Of a stretch of DNA of 64,000 nt, positions 38,251 to 48,279 are shown in pieces. Every line of letters begins with the position of its first letter. The stretch's first letter is position 1. Both the position numbers and the translations under genes were made by a program. Below the pieces are notes generated by a model, which saw only the letters and a program-made list of their open reading frames with translations, did not search any database and was not told the origin of the DNA. Location: NCBI GenBank assembly GCA_963793705.1, contig CAWCBC010000011.1, positions 65,351 to 129,350 on the forward strand. Reading direction: 5' to 3'. The DNA is from an uncultured Acidobacteriota bacterium (GTDB lineage Bacteria > Acidobacteriota > Vicinamibacteria > Vicinamibacterales > UBA2999).

Positions 38251-38420
38251 AGGGGCAGCGGATACAGAAGCCAGCCGATCGCCACGCCCGCGCCGATGAA
38301 CCCGGCAAACAGCCGGAGCCCGAACCAGAGCTGGTCGCGCGGCTCATCCCGCATCAGCGAGGCGAACACGATCGAGACGAAGACCGAGAACAGGGCCATC
38401 AGGCCGAGATGCGTCGTCAC
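38247..38420 (-). CDS. Small (about 57-aa) two-TM hypothetical membrane protein
   Basis: The tail of ORF 38247..39095 reads [57 protein letters not shown]. It has a GTGA overlap upstream and an ATGA overlap downstream. Confidence 0.5.
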   Translation of the reverse strand: MTTHLGLMALFSVFVSIVFASLMRDEPRDQLWFGLRLFAGFIGAGVAIGWLLYPLPL

Positions 38421-38818
38421 TTCCGCCCCTCTGCGATGTCCCACGCGTCGAGGACGACCAGCATGTTCAGCAGACCCGCGACGATCGCGAAGGCGTTGCC
38501 GTACTCGTAGGTAATCGCCACCACTCGACCCGTGCCGTGTCCCAGGAACTTGGCGATGAAGTACGGCGCACCGATGCCGAGATCGGCAATGGCGGCAAGT
38601 CCGACGAGCGGTTGTGACAGGTCGAATCCGAGCGGAAAGATGCGCCCCTCGAGCCACAACCCGGTGGCGAACATCAGCGTCAAGGCGATCAGAAACGTCA
38701 GGCCCTTCTGCGGACGCCGCAGCAGGAGGTGGCCGGCGCCGGGAATCGCCCACGCGAGCACGGCAATCAGGTACTTGTTGGTGGCTGGCTCGACCTGATC
38801 GGCCGCGGCGGCGCGCAT
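38417..38818 (-). CDS. Hypothetical integral membrane protein (133 aa, intact)
   Basis: ORF 38417..38818 has three to four hydrophobic segments (YLIAVLAWAIPGAGHLLL..., LTFLIALTLMFATGLWL...). Confidence 0.6.
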   Translation of the reverse strand: MRAAAADQVEPATNKYLIAVLAWAIPGAGHLLLRRPQKGLTFLIALTLMFATGLWLEGRIFPLGFDLSQPLVGLAAIADLGIGAPYFIAKFLGHGTGRVVAITYEYGNAFAIVAGLLNMLVVLDAWDIAEGRK

Positions 38819-39280
38819 TCACTCGTAGTGTAGCGTAGCCAACGCGCTGACCACCACGAAAGCCACGGCAAATCCCAGCGGCAGCGCAGCGGTCGCGCGC
38901 ACGGCGTTGGAGATCGGCCACCCGAATCCCCACTCGAGCACGAATGTCGCGAGCGTCGGGCTGGCGGCAACCGCGGTGGCGATCCAGTTCACCGACCGGG
39001 CCGCTGGCTGCCGCCACCACACCAGAACGCGCCGTCCGACTGCGGCCGCGCCGGTGACACTCCCCAACGCGGCACCTCCGTAAATGCCAAGGCACCTCGC
39101 GCAGACCGGCAGTTGAAAGCCCTGCAGATGAAACGATCGCTCGGGAAGCTGGTGACAGATCAGGGAGCCTGCCGCGTACAGAACGCCGGCGACAGGTGCT
39201 GCGAGAAACGGCGCTGCGACGAGCAGCAGCAGCCAGGCGACGGCGAGGAGGGCAAGACCCGGAGCGAGCCAGCGCGGCAC
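38819..39280 (-). CDS. DUF2085-like membrane protein (153 aa, intact)
   Basis: ORF 38819..39280 has a CHQLPERSFH...PVCARCLGIY motif between TM segments. Confidence 0.65.
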   Translation of the reverse strand: MPRWLAPGLALLAVAWLLLLVAAPFLAAPVAGVLYAAGSLICHQLPERSFHLQGFQLPVCARCLGIYGGAALGSVTGAAAVGRRVLVWWRQPAARSVNWIATAVAASPTLATFVLEWGFGWPISNAVRATAALPLGFAVAFVVVSALATLHYE

Positions 39281-39384
39281 GAACGAATCATAGGCCCAAG
39301 GCCGATGGCCTAAGGCCCAAGGGCTGGTCCAGGAATCAGGGCTTCGATTTTCTCTTAGGCCCTAGGCCTTAGCCCTTAGGCCTT
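39281..39384. repeat. Cluster of AGGCC/TAAGG-type short palindromes forming an imperfect roughly 100-nt hairpin
   Basis: taggcccaaggccgatggcctaaggcccaagggc ... cttaggccctaggccttagcccttaggcc. GGCCTAAGG-type words occur in both orientations. Confidence 0.65.
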
Positions 39385-40315
39385 CTAGCCGCGCGGGGCG
39401 AGGTAGCCGGCGCGTGTGCGCGGCTGTGCGTTCGCGCGATCGACGATACGAACGACTGACACGTCGATAGGTCCCATCACGGCGTTGATTGGTCGACGTG
39501 TAGCCAATCGCGTACTGGCTCGACAGCTCCTGGCCGATCGATCTTGTAGACACCGGCGAGATCGCTGATGTTCGATGCGGGAAACGAGCGCGCCCCTGTT
39601 TCCTGGGCCAGCGACTTCATTCCGTACTGCGACTTCGAGGCGAACGAATCCCGCCGCCGGTCCATCTGGGCGTCGAGCGCCGAGCTCAACATGATCGTGT
39701 AGATCGAAATGCCCGATTGCTTGGCCAGATCCATCACGTCGTCGAACGACACCAGGCTGGATGTGTCGTCGCCGTCGGACAGGAGCACCACGGCCTGGCG
39801 GCGCATGTCTGTTTCCGCGCTCCGCCGCTTCGTCATCTCTTTCAACGTCAGATAGAGACCGTTGTAGAGCGCCGTGCCGCCCCGCGCCGAGGTCCCCAGA
39901 ATCGCTTCCTTTGCGGCCTCCAGATCGTGCGACAGCGGCGCCAGGATGGTGGACGAATCCTTGATATCGATCACGAGCAGGCGATCAGTCGGGACGCATG
40001 GCCGAGATGAAGCCGACCGCCGCCTGCTGGGCTGTGGCAGCTTGTCGTACATGCTCGCGGAGGTGTCGAGGAGGATCGCCAGGTCGAGCGGCAGTTCGCT
40101 CGGCGGCGAAGAACGAGAGATGCTGCTGGACGCCGTCCTCGTAGACCGCGAAATTGTCAGACGTCAGGCCGCTCACGAACTGCCGCTGAGTGTTGACGAC
40201 CACGACGTTCAGCGCGACGAGGTCGATCCCGCTCTTGAACGTGGACAGGCGTGTCGTGGCCGACCACCCCGGTCGTGCTAATCGCCCACAAGGTCACGAT
40301 GACGGCTGCTCTCAC
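39385..40315 (-). CDS. von Willebrand factor A domain protein of the VWFA-related acidobacterial type; frame interrupted
   Basis: VVLLSDGDDTSS...ISIYTI (ORF 39477..40052). ELSSQYAIGYTSTNQRRDGTYRRV (ORF 39362..39553). The hand-read tail is ...RTRAGYLAPRG-stop. The N-terminal signal-like segment is VRAAVIVTLWAISTTGV. Confidence 0.7.
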
Positions 40316-40403
40316 GCTACACTCACCACCTTCACTCCGCGGCGTCCGCCGCGGTGCTGACGGCCGGTCAGTGCAAATCGTGTTCCTGTAGACTCGGCAG
40401 ACG

Positions 40404-42802
40404 ATGAGCGACTCGCGCGGACCCTTTCGGGAAGTGGATCGAACGATTCTGGTGGGCATCGGCGCCGTGTCCGGCGGCGCTGCTGATGACGGAATTGGCG
40501 CTCACGCGGATCTTCTCCGTCACGATGTACTACCACTTCGCCTTTCTCGCCATTTCGATCGCACTGTTCGGTTTGAGTGCGAGCGGCGTGCTCGTCTACG
40601 TCCTTCGGCGCCGGCTGGCGACGCATTCCGACTGCGACAGCTGCTCGCGACGGGCGCGCTGCGTCCACGCTGCGGCCACGCTCGTCGCCCTGGCGTTCCT
40701 CGTGCGCATCCGCGTCGGGCTCAACTACTCGCCGCGAAACCTCGCGCTGATGCTCGGCATCTATCTGCTGGCGGCGCTGCCCTTTTTCACAGGGGGGACG
40801 GTCATTTCCGCCGCGTTCGCGCGTCTGACCTCGCGCATCAACCTGCTCTACGCGGCCGACCTGATTGGCGCGGCCGCCGGCTGCCTGGCGCTGATTCCCC
40901 TGCTGAACACGCTCGGCGCGCCGGGCGTCGTCCTGGTGGCTGCCGCGTTGTCGTTGGCGGCCGCCGTCTGCTTCACGTCCGCCGGCTCGCGCGTGCGAGT
41001 CGCGGCCATCGGCCGCGGCCGTCCTCGCCCTGCCGCTGGCGCGCACAGCTCGCCAGGCGACGCAGCCGTTCGACGTCCTCGACACCAAAGGGCACGAGGG
41101 CGATCGCGTGCTCTTCAGCAAATGGAACTCGTTCTCGCGTATCGCGGTCTACGACCGCGCGCACGGCGACTGGTCGCTCAGCCCGACGTTCACCGGCGCG
41201 CGCGGCGACTCGCTGTTCATGGACATCGATTCCGCCGCCTCCACGCCGATCCTCAAGGGCACCGGTCAGGCTGTCGGACGCCGCGTATCTGCGCTACGAG
41301 CTGACGGCCCTCGCCTACCAGCTCGTCGAGCGACCCGCTGGATTCACGGCGCTGGTCATCGGTCCCGGCGGCGGACGCGATCTGCTGTCGGCGCTCGTGT
41401 TCGGCGCCACACACGTCGATGGCGTCGAGATCAACCCGATCATCGTGCGCGACGTGATGCTCGGCCGCTTCCGCGACTACTCGGGCAACCTCTACGCCGA
41501 TCCGCGAGTGTCGCCATCCACGTGGACGACGGCCGCAGCTTCGTGCGACGGAGCACGGCCACCTACGACGTGATCCAGGCGTCGCTCGTCGATACATGGG
41601 CCGCCACCGCCGCCGGCGCCTACACGCTGACCGAGAACTCGCTGTACACCTCCGAGGCGTTCGGCGAGTACCTGGACCACCTCACCGACAACGGCGTGCT
41701 GACCATCACGCGTTGGGTCTTCGATGGCCTTCGACTCGTGTCGCTGGCGCAGGAGGCCTGCGCCGCGCGCGGGCTCGACCCGGCGCGCCATCTGGCCATC
41801 GTCCGTCACGACCGCGTCGCGACGTTCCTCTTGAAGAAGCAGCCGTTCACCCCGCAGGAGGTCGAGCGCCTGACGACGCATGCCAGCGCGATGGGGTTCG
41901 CCGTGCTGTATGCACCGGGCGTCCGTAGCGGTCGACAGCGGACCGACCCGCCCGAGATGATCCAGTCGCGGCACGAGCGCCGCCGACTACGCGCGATTCA
42001 TCGAGGCCACGGATCGTCAGCAGTTCATCGAGGCCTATCCGCTCGACATCCGTCGCGACGACCGACGATCGGCCGTTCTTCTTCCACACGACGCGACTGG
42101 CCGACCAGTTCGACGTCGCCTTCGGCCGATCGATGCTGTTCGGCAACGGCCTGAGCGCGCTGCTGACGCTGTTCGGCATTTCCGCCGCCCTCGTCGTGCT
42201 GTTCGTCGTCGGGCCGCTGCTCGTTGGCGGCGGGACGCCGGGCGCGGGCTGGGCGCGGTGGCTGGCGTACTTCGGCGCGCTCGGCGCGGGCTTCATGCTG
42301 CTGGAGGTGGCGCTGCTGCAGCGGTTCGTGCTGCTGCTCGGGCATCCGGTGTATTCGCTGACGGTCACGCTGTTTTCGCTGCTCCTCGGCACCGGACTGG
42401 GCAGCTTCCTGAGCCGAGTCGTCGACGAACGCGCGAATTCGCCGTGTCACGCATGTCGGCCTTGATCGCGATCGTGCTGACGGCGCTGGTCGCGTCAGAT
42501 GGGTCATGCCCTGGCTGGTGGACATGGCGATCCCGTGGCCGCTGCAGCGTGCGAATCGCCGTCGCCGTCGCGACTCCTCGTTCCTGTCGGCATCCTGCTG
42601 GGGATGGCGCTGCCCGGCGGCATGCGGCTGCTCAGCGCACGACGGGCCGACATCGTCGCCGTGGGGCTGGGGGATGAATGGCGCGTTCTCGGTCGTCGGC
42701 GCCACGCTCGCGGTCTTCATCGCGATGAACTGGGGCTTCTCGACCACGTTTCTGGCCGCGGCGGCTGTCTATACCCTCGCGGCGGTGGTGTTCCCGAAAT
42801 GA
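40404..42802 (+). CDS. Large polytopic membrane protein with a central spermidine-synthase-like methyltransferase-fold domain; frame interrupted
   Basis: The TM-rich N-terminus is in ORF 40486..41304. The hand-read central block is VIGPGGGRDLLSALVFGATHVDGVEINPIIV. ...YDVIQASLVDTWAATAAGAYTLTENSLYTSEAFGEYLDHLTDNGVLTI is in ORF 41108..42154. The TM-rich C-terminus is in ORFs 42133..42465 and 42506..42802. Confidence 0.7.
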
Positions 42803-44319
42803 GCGTGCTGAACTCCATTGAACCTGTCGAACGGACGATGCTCACCGATTCGTCCGCGGCGCCACGTTCGACGACTTTCTCTTCACGCCGCAGTACAGCG
42901 TGCTGGAGCGGCGCGATCCGGCGGCGATCGATCTCTCATGCGCGGCTGTCCAGCACCTCACGCTGAAGCGCCCGATCGTCTCGGCCAACATGGACACGAT
43001 CACGCGCGCCGAGATGGCGATCGCCGTCGCCGAAGAGGGCGGCATCGGCATCATCGATCGCGGGTTCCGCATCGGGCGACATCGAGCCGCAGGTGCGCGA
43101 AGTGGAGCGAGTCAAGCGGCGCCAGCACGGCATCATCGTCGACCCGTACACCATCGAGCCGGAGGCTGAGCTCGGCGAGGCCGCCGACGTGATGCGCCGC
43201 ACCGGCGTCGGCACGCTGGTCGTCGTGGACGAAGCCCGCCGCGTGGTCGGGCTGCTGACGACCCGCGACCTCCGATTCAGCGGCGCGACCGGCCGCGTCC
43301 GGGATCGCATGACGCCGCGGGACGACCTGATCGTGCGCGAAGGGGTCATCGACGGCGCTGCGGCCGAGGACGTCATGCGCGCGCACAAGATCAAGAAGCT
43401 GCCGCTCGTCGATGCCGCGTGGGCGCCTGCTCGGCCTGGTCACGGCGAAGGATCTGATCAAGCAGAAACAGTTGCCGGCCGCGACGCGCGACTCGCACGG
43501 CCGCCTGCATGGTCGGCGCGGCGATCGGCGCCAAAGGCGACTACCTCGAGCGCGCCTCCGAGCTCCTGCGCGCCGGCGCCGACGTCATCGTCATCGACAT
43601 CGCCCACGGCCACTCGGTGGTGATGTCACGCGCCGTCGAGGCGTTCCGGAAGCAGTTCGGCGAGGTCGAGCTGATCGCGGGCAACGTCGCCACCGCCGAC
43701 GGCGTCCGGTTCCTGCATCGACCGCGGCGTCAACGGCGTGAAGGTGGGCATCGGCCCCGGCGGCGGCTGCACGACACGGCTCAACACGAACTTCGGCGTC
43801 CCCCAGGTGGCTGCGCTGGTCGAATGCCGCGCGGCGGCCGACGGCCGCGTGCCGCTCATCGCCGATGGCGGGATCAAGCGCGACGGCGCGCTCGTGCAGG
43901 CGCTGCTCTTCGGCGGCGACACCGTGATGCTGGGAAGCGTGCTGGCGGGCACCATCGAGACGCCCGGCGACACCGTGCAGAAGCCGGTCGTGATCCCCGA
44001 GTCGCACAAGACCGTGAAGGTGCCGTTCAAGGTCTTTCGCGGCATGGCCTCGCTGCAGGCGATCGTCGATCGCCTGGATGTCGAGGACTCCTCTGCGGCG
44101 GACGTCGAGGCGCTTGGCGCGGAAGGGATGGAAATCAGCGTGCCCGCTCGCGGATCGGTACGGCCGGTGCTCCGCGACATGCTGAAGCACCTCTGCTCGG
44201 CGATCAGCTACGGCGGCGCGTCAAGTCTCGCGGAGCTGCAGGAGGTGTTCCGGACGAATCCGGAACGCTTTGTCGTTCGGCTGACGGAGTCCAGCCGCCG
44301 CGAATCGTTCGATCGGTAA
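42799..44319 (+). CDS. guaB: IMP dehydrogenase; frame interrupted
   Basis: [33 protein letters not shown] (ORF 42900..43169). The CBS pair is in ORF 43093..43623. ...[23 protein letters not shown]...[10 protein letters not shown]...GSVLAG (ORF 43738..44319). Confidence 0.92.
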
Positions 44320-44328
44320 GCTACAGCG

Positions 44329-44358
44329 GTAGAGGCCGACCTTAAGGTCGGCCCCTAC
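44329..44358. repeat. REP-like palindrome, family A, copy 1: GTAGAGGCCGACC-TTAA-GGTCGGCCCCTAC
   Basis: A near-perfect 13-bp inverted repeat around TTAA lies at the convergent guaB/SRPBCC junction. Related copies occur at 46944..46969 and 48254..48279. Confidence 0.85.
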
Positions 44359-44851
44359 TTGCCCGAACCTTCCGCGTACGCCTTCAGCAGCTTGACCTGC
44401 TGGGCGAGCACCGCGTCGACGGCGTCGGCGAGCTTGTCGAGTCCGCCGGGCACGTACCCGCCAGCCGCATAGGTCATCGTCAGCGTCGACCCACTTCCCT
44501 GCTTCGCCGGCTCGATCGTGCCAGGTCATGGTGCCCGTGACCGCCAATTCCTGTAGCGGCCCGAGAGCGGAAGAGATCCTGAGCAACTTCCCCGGCGACA
44601 GGTTCACAACCCGGCCGTGCTCGACCGCTCCGCCGCCGGTCACCTTCTCGCAAAAGCATCCGCCCGGCTGCGCGACGAGCGTCATGTTCTTCGCGTCGCC
44701 GCTGTAGGTGTGAGCCTTGTCCCACCAGCGACCCGATGTCGAGCAGATCCTGATAGACACGCTCCGCTGAGACCGATACGGCCACCGTCGTCTTGATCGT
44801 GAATCCAGACGCCGAGCGGTCAATCACATCAGCCGACGCATCGAGGCGCAT
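44355..44851 (-). CDS. SRPBCC (START/AHSA1-like) superfamily protein; frame interrupted
   Basis: MRLDASADVIDRSASGFTIKTTVAVSVSAERVYQDLLDIG (ORF 44480..44980) and WWDKAHTYSGDAKNMTLVAQPGGCFCEKV...GRVVNLSPGKLLRISSALGPLQELAVTGTMTW (ORF 44221..44823). Confidence 0.6.
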
Positions 44852-44904
44852 CAGCGCCACACGCAGGCGAGCGCCGCGACGCGATCGTCCGAGCGCTAGC
44901 GCAG

Positions 44905-44923
44905 GCACCCCTTCAAGGGGTGC
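44905..44923. repeat. Palindrome family B copy: GCACCCCTT-C-AAGGGGTGC
   Basis: A perfect 9-bp inverted repeat lies downstream of the kinase gene stop. Related copies are GGCACCCTTAAAAGGGTGCC at 51796..51815 and GGCGCCCCTTTCAGGGGTGCC at 10021..10041. Confidence 0.8.
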
Positions 44924-44933
44924 ATCTCGCGCC

Positions 44934-45926
44934 TCACAGCACCTTCGCGGCCAGCGCCTTGATATCGGCGGCGCCGGCACGTGGCCCGTATTGGCTGATG
45001 ACCTGCGCCGCCATCGCGCCGCCCAGCCTGCCGCTGGTCTTCAGATCGAGGCCCTGCGTATAGGCGTAGAGGAAGCCGGCCGCGTAGGCATCGCCCGCGC
45101 CGGTCGTATCGACGACTTTCACGCCCTTGACCGCGTCGATGACGTGCACTTCGTCGCCGTTGACCACCACCGAGCCCTTTTCGCTCCGCGTCAGCGCAGC
45201 AATCTCGCAGTGCTTCCGCACCTGCTGCAGCGCCGTGTCGAAGTCCTCGGTCTGGTAGAGCGACAGGATCTCGGTCTCGTTGGCGAACAGAATGTCCACG
45301 TACTTCTCCGCCAGGTCCAGGAACTCGTCGCGGAACCGCGCCACGCAGAACGAGTCCGACAGCGTCAGTGAGACCTTGACGCCGGAGTCCTTCGCCTTCA
45401 TCGCCGCGTCGAGCATCGCCTGTTTCGCGCGCGGCAGGTCCCACAGGTAGCCCTCCATGTAGACCACCTGTGACGACGTGATGTGGCTCATGTCGATGTC
45501 TTCCGGACCGAGCTGCGTGCACGCGCCGAGGAAGGTCTGCATGGTTCGCTGGGCATCCGGCGTCACGAAGATGAGGCTGCGCGCCGTCGGCAGGCCGCCC
45601 GTGAGCGGCGCCGTCGTGTAGGTGACCCCGGCGGCCCGGATGTCGTGGGTGAAGATCTTTCCGAGCTGGTCGTCGGCGACCTTGCCGATGTAGGCCGTCT
45701 TGCCGCCCAGCATGGCCACTCCGGCGATCGTGTTGCCAGCCGATCCGCCCGATGCCTCCTTGCCGGGGCCCATGATGCCGTACAGCTTCTCGGCCATGTC
45801 GGCGTCGATCAGATTCATCGCCCCTTTCGGCAGGTTGTGCGCCGCGAGCAGCGCGTCGTCGGCTTGTGCGATCACGTCGACGATGGCGTTGCCGATCGCG
45901 GTCACGTCATATTTCTTTGTAGTCAT
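44934..45926 (-). CDS. PfkB-family adenosine kinase-like sugar/nucleoside kinase (330 aa, intact)
   Basis: ORF 44934..45926: MTTKKYDVTAIGNAIVDVI...GGSAGNT...; C-terminal DTTGAGDAYAAGFLY motif. Confidence 0.85.
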   Translation of the reverse strand: MTTKKYDVTAIGNAIVDVIAQADDALLAAHNLPKGAMNLIDADMAEKLYGIMGPGKEASGGSAGNTIAGVAMLGGKTAYIGKVADDQLGKIFTHDIRAAGVTYTTAPLTGGLPTARSLIFVTPDAQRTMQTFLGACTQLGPEDIDMSHITSSQVVYMEGYLWDLPRAKQAMLDAAMKAKDSGVKVSLTLSDSFCVARFRDEFLDLAEKYVDILFANETEILSLYQTEDFDTALQQVRKHCEIAALTRSEKGSVVVNGDEVHVIDAVKGVKVVDTTGAGDAYAAGFLYAYTQGLDLKTSGRLGGAMAAQVISQYGPRAGAADIKALAAKVL

Positions 45927-46031
45927 CGGGCCTCATTCAATGTGGGTCCGGATCTGTAAGCCGGATCGTGTGACTGTAACGAGTACCGTCGCTAACGGAT
46001 CGCAATCACTCACCATCGAGTCGATATCACG

Positions 46032-46898
46032 TCACCGCTGAAGGTATTTGCCGACCAGCGGCGCCAGATCGCGAGCGGTCTCCGCCGGAATCGCGTCGGG
46101 TCTGGTGATCAGCGCGTACTTGAGTGCGGACGCGCACTCGCAGTTCCGCTCGAACGGCAGCCGATCGACCGCGCCGGCGATGATCTGCTGCGCGGTCTGC
46201 GCGTTCTGCGTCAGGTTGGCAATGATCATCTCGACGGTCACCGAGTCGTGATCGGGGTGCCAGCAATCGTAGTCGGTGACCAGCGCGATCGTCGTGTAGC
46301 AGATCTCCGCCTCGCGCGCGAGCTTGGCTTCCTGAAGATTCGTCATGCCGATGATGTCGGCGCCCCACGATCGATAGAGCTTCGACTCCGCCAGGGTGGA
46401 AAACTGCGGGCCCTCCATGCAGACGTAGGTGCCGCCTTTGTGAATCGTCGCGCCCGCGGACTGTCCACTGCTGAACGCCACGTCGCTCAGGATGCGACAG
46501 AACGGGTGGGCGAAGGCAATGTGCGCGACGAGACCGCGGCCGAAGAACGTGCTCGCTCGCCCGCGCGTCCGGTCGATGAACTGGTCGGGAACGACGATGT
46601 CGAGCGGCTTGTATTCCTGTTTCAGACTGCCGACCGCGCTTGCGGACAGGATGTACTCGACCCCCAACTGCTTCATCCCGAAGATGTTCGCGCGGAAATT
46701 CAGCTCGGACGGCGAGAGCCGATGGCCGGCGCCGTGACGCGACAGGAATGCGACGCGTTTTCCGCGCAGCGTGCCGATGACGTAGGGACCCGACGGATCG
46801 CCAAACGGCGTCGTCACCGTCACGTCCTTGCGATCGGTGACTTCGGCCATGTCGTACAGGCCGCTGCCGCCGATGATTCCGATCTGGACTTGTTCCAT
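46032..46898 (-). CDS. mtnP: S-methyl-5'-thioadenosine phosphorylase (288 aa, intact)
   Basis: ORF 46032..46898: [12 protein letters not shown]...[27 protein letters not shown]...[43 protein letters not shown]. Confidence 0.9.
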   Translation of the reverse strand: MEQVQIGIIGGSGLYDMAEVTDRKDVTVTTPFGDPSGPYVIGTLRGKRVAFLSRHGAGHRLSPSELNFRANIFGMKQLGVEYILSASAVGSLKQEYKPLDIVVPDQFIDRTRGRASTFFGRGLVAHIAFAHPFCRILSDVAFSSGQSAGATIHKGGTYVCMEGPQFSTLAESKLYRSWGADIIGMTNLQEAKLAREAEICYTTIALVTDYDCWHPDHDSVTVEMIIANLTQNAQTAQQIIAGAVDRLPFERNCECASALKYALITRPDAIPAETARDLAPLVGKYLQR

Positions 46899-46943
46899 GA
46901 GTGTGTGTTCGTAAGACCGGAGTCGCTGATTCTACCTTGAGCC

Positions 46944-46969
46944 GGGCCGACCTAAAGGTCGGCCTCTAC
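46944..46969. repeat. REP-like palindrome, family A, copy 2: GGGCCGACC-TAAA-GGTCGGCCTCTAC
   Basis: It lies between the MBL hydrolase stop (46981) and the mtnP start (46898). Confidence 0.85.
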
Positions 46970-46980
46970 AGGTCCTACGG

Positions 46981-47837
46981 TCACAAAACCTGCTCGACGT
47001 ACCGCTTCCCATCCTTCTCCCGGATGTAGCCGGCGGCGATCAGCGGATCGTGCTCGAAGAAGATCAGGTACTCGCGGTCGATGGCCTCACGGATGAACTG
47101 CCGCTTGAACGCCAGCGTCTCCATCGGAAACAGGTCGTAGCCCATCACCCACGCGTCCGCGAGATGCGCGGCCGTCGGGATCAGATCGGCCGACGAACAC
47201 CCCCGTCCGGCCGCCCGACTCGATGAAGATGATTTGATGCTGGCCGGTGTGTCCGCCCGTGCGAACCACGCGCACTCCAGGGCGGATCTCCTGGTCGCCG
47301 TCGAAGAACGCGACGACGCCAGCGTCCTTCAACGGGACGAAATCGTCCTGCAGATAACTGGCCCGATTGCGCTCGTGCGGGTGCGTCGCATCCTCCCACT
47401 CCGCCGCGCGGATCACGTACTCGGCCTTCGGAAACCGCGGCGCCAGCGCGCCGCCCGTGCGGACGGTCGCGCCGCCGAAGTGATCCCAATGGAGATGGCT
47501 GGCCAGCGCGATCTCAATCGACTCGCTCGACAGGTTGACGGCCGCCAGCGCATCGTCGAGCGTACGCGACCGATCGAGCGCGTAGATGTCCCGCGTCCTT
47601 GGCGTTCATCTTGTCGCCGGCGCCGCAGTCGACAAGCATCCGCCCCCACGACGCTTCGATCAGCAACGGCCGCATCGCCAGCTGGATCCGGTGGCGATCG
47701 TCGGGAAGCGCTTTCTTTTCCCAGAGCGGCCGCGGCACGACGCCGAACATCGCGCCGCCATCGAGCCGGAAGGAACCATCGTGAAGCGTCGTCAGCTGAA
47801 GGTCGCCAAACGCGATCGTCTGCACGTCAAGGCGCAC
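46981..47837 (-). CDS. MBL-fold metallo-hydrolase; frame interrupted; 5' end is in frame with mce with no stop between
   Basis: ...FGVVPRPLWEK...LLIEASWGRMLVDCGAGDK (tail of ORF 47514..48245). ...RTGGHTGQHQIIFIESGG (ORF 47087..47416). Candidate GTG start at 47837. Confidence 0.7.
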
Positions 47838-48245
47838 GGCCGGCGGCGCAGCCTGCTTCAACTCGACGAGCACGCCATGAGCCGAGGACGGATGGATGAA
47901 CGCCACCAGGGCTCCCTCGGCCCCGCGTCGCGGCTGCTCATCGACGAGGCGCACACCGCGGGCTCGCAGCTGCTCCAGGGCGGCATGAATGTCCTCGACT
48001 CGGAGCGTGATGTGATGCAGCCCGGGACCACGTCTCTCGACGTAGCGGGCAATCACCGACTCGGCGCTCGTCGGCTCGAGCAACTCGAGCGCGGCCTGAC
48101 CAGTGGGGATGAAATGCGCGCGCACGCGCTGGCTGGCCACGTCCTCGGGGGTCTCGACGTGCAAGCCCAAGGCGTCGCGATAGAACACCAGCGCCTCGTC
48201 GAGGTTCTTCACCGCGATGCCGACGTGATCGAGGATGGCTCTCAT
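47838..48245 (-). CDS. mce: Methylmalonyl-CoA epimerase (VOC/glyoxalase fold)
   Basis: MRAILDHVGIAVKNLDEALVFYRDALGL...GPGLHHITLRVEDIHAALEQLRARGVRLVDE...AFIHPSSAHGVLVELKQ (first 136 codons of ORF 47514..48245). It is adjacent to meaB. Confidence 0.85.
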
Positions 48246-48253
48246 ATCGTGAA

Positions 48254-48279
48254 AGGCCGACGTAAACGTCGGCCTCTAC
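48254..48279. repeat. REP-like palindrome, family A, copy 3: AGGCCGACG-TAAA-CGTCGGCCTCTAC
   Basis: It lies between the meaB 3' end and the mce start. It shares the GGCCGAC arm and the TCTAC tail with copies 1 and 2. Confidence 0.8.

Noticed and set aside
45927-46031. The spacer upstream of the adenosine-kinase-like gene, downstream of mtnP, was inspected for a SAM/SAH- or purine-type riboswitch.
   Set aside because: Only short generic hairpins are present. I could not recognise any conserved riboswitch core by eye. An Rfam scan would be needed to exclude one.
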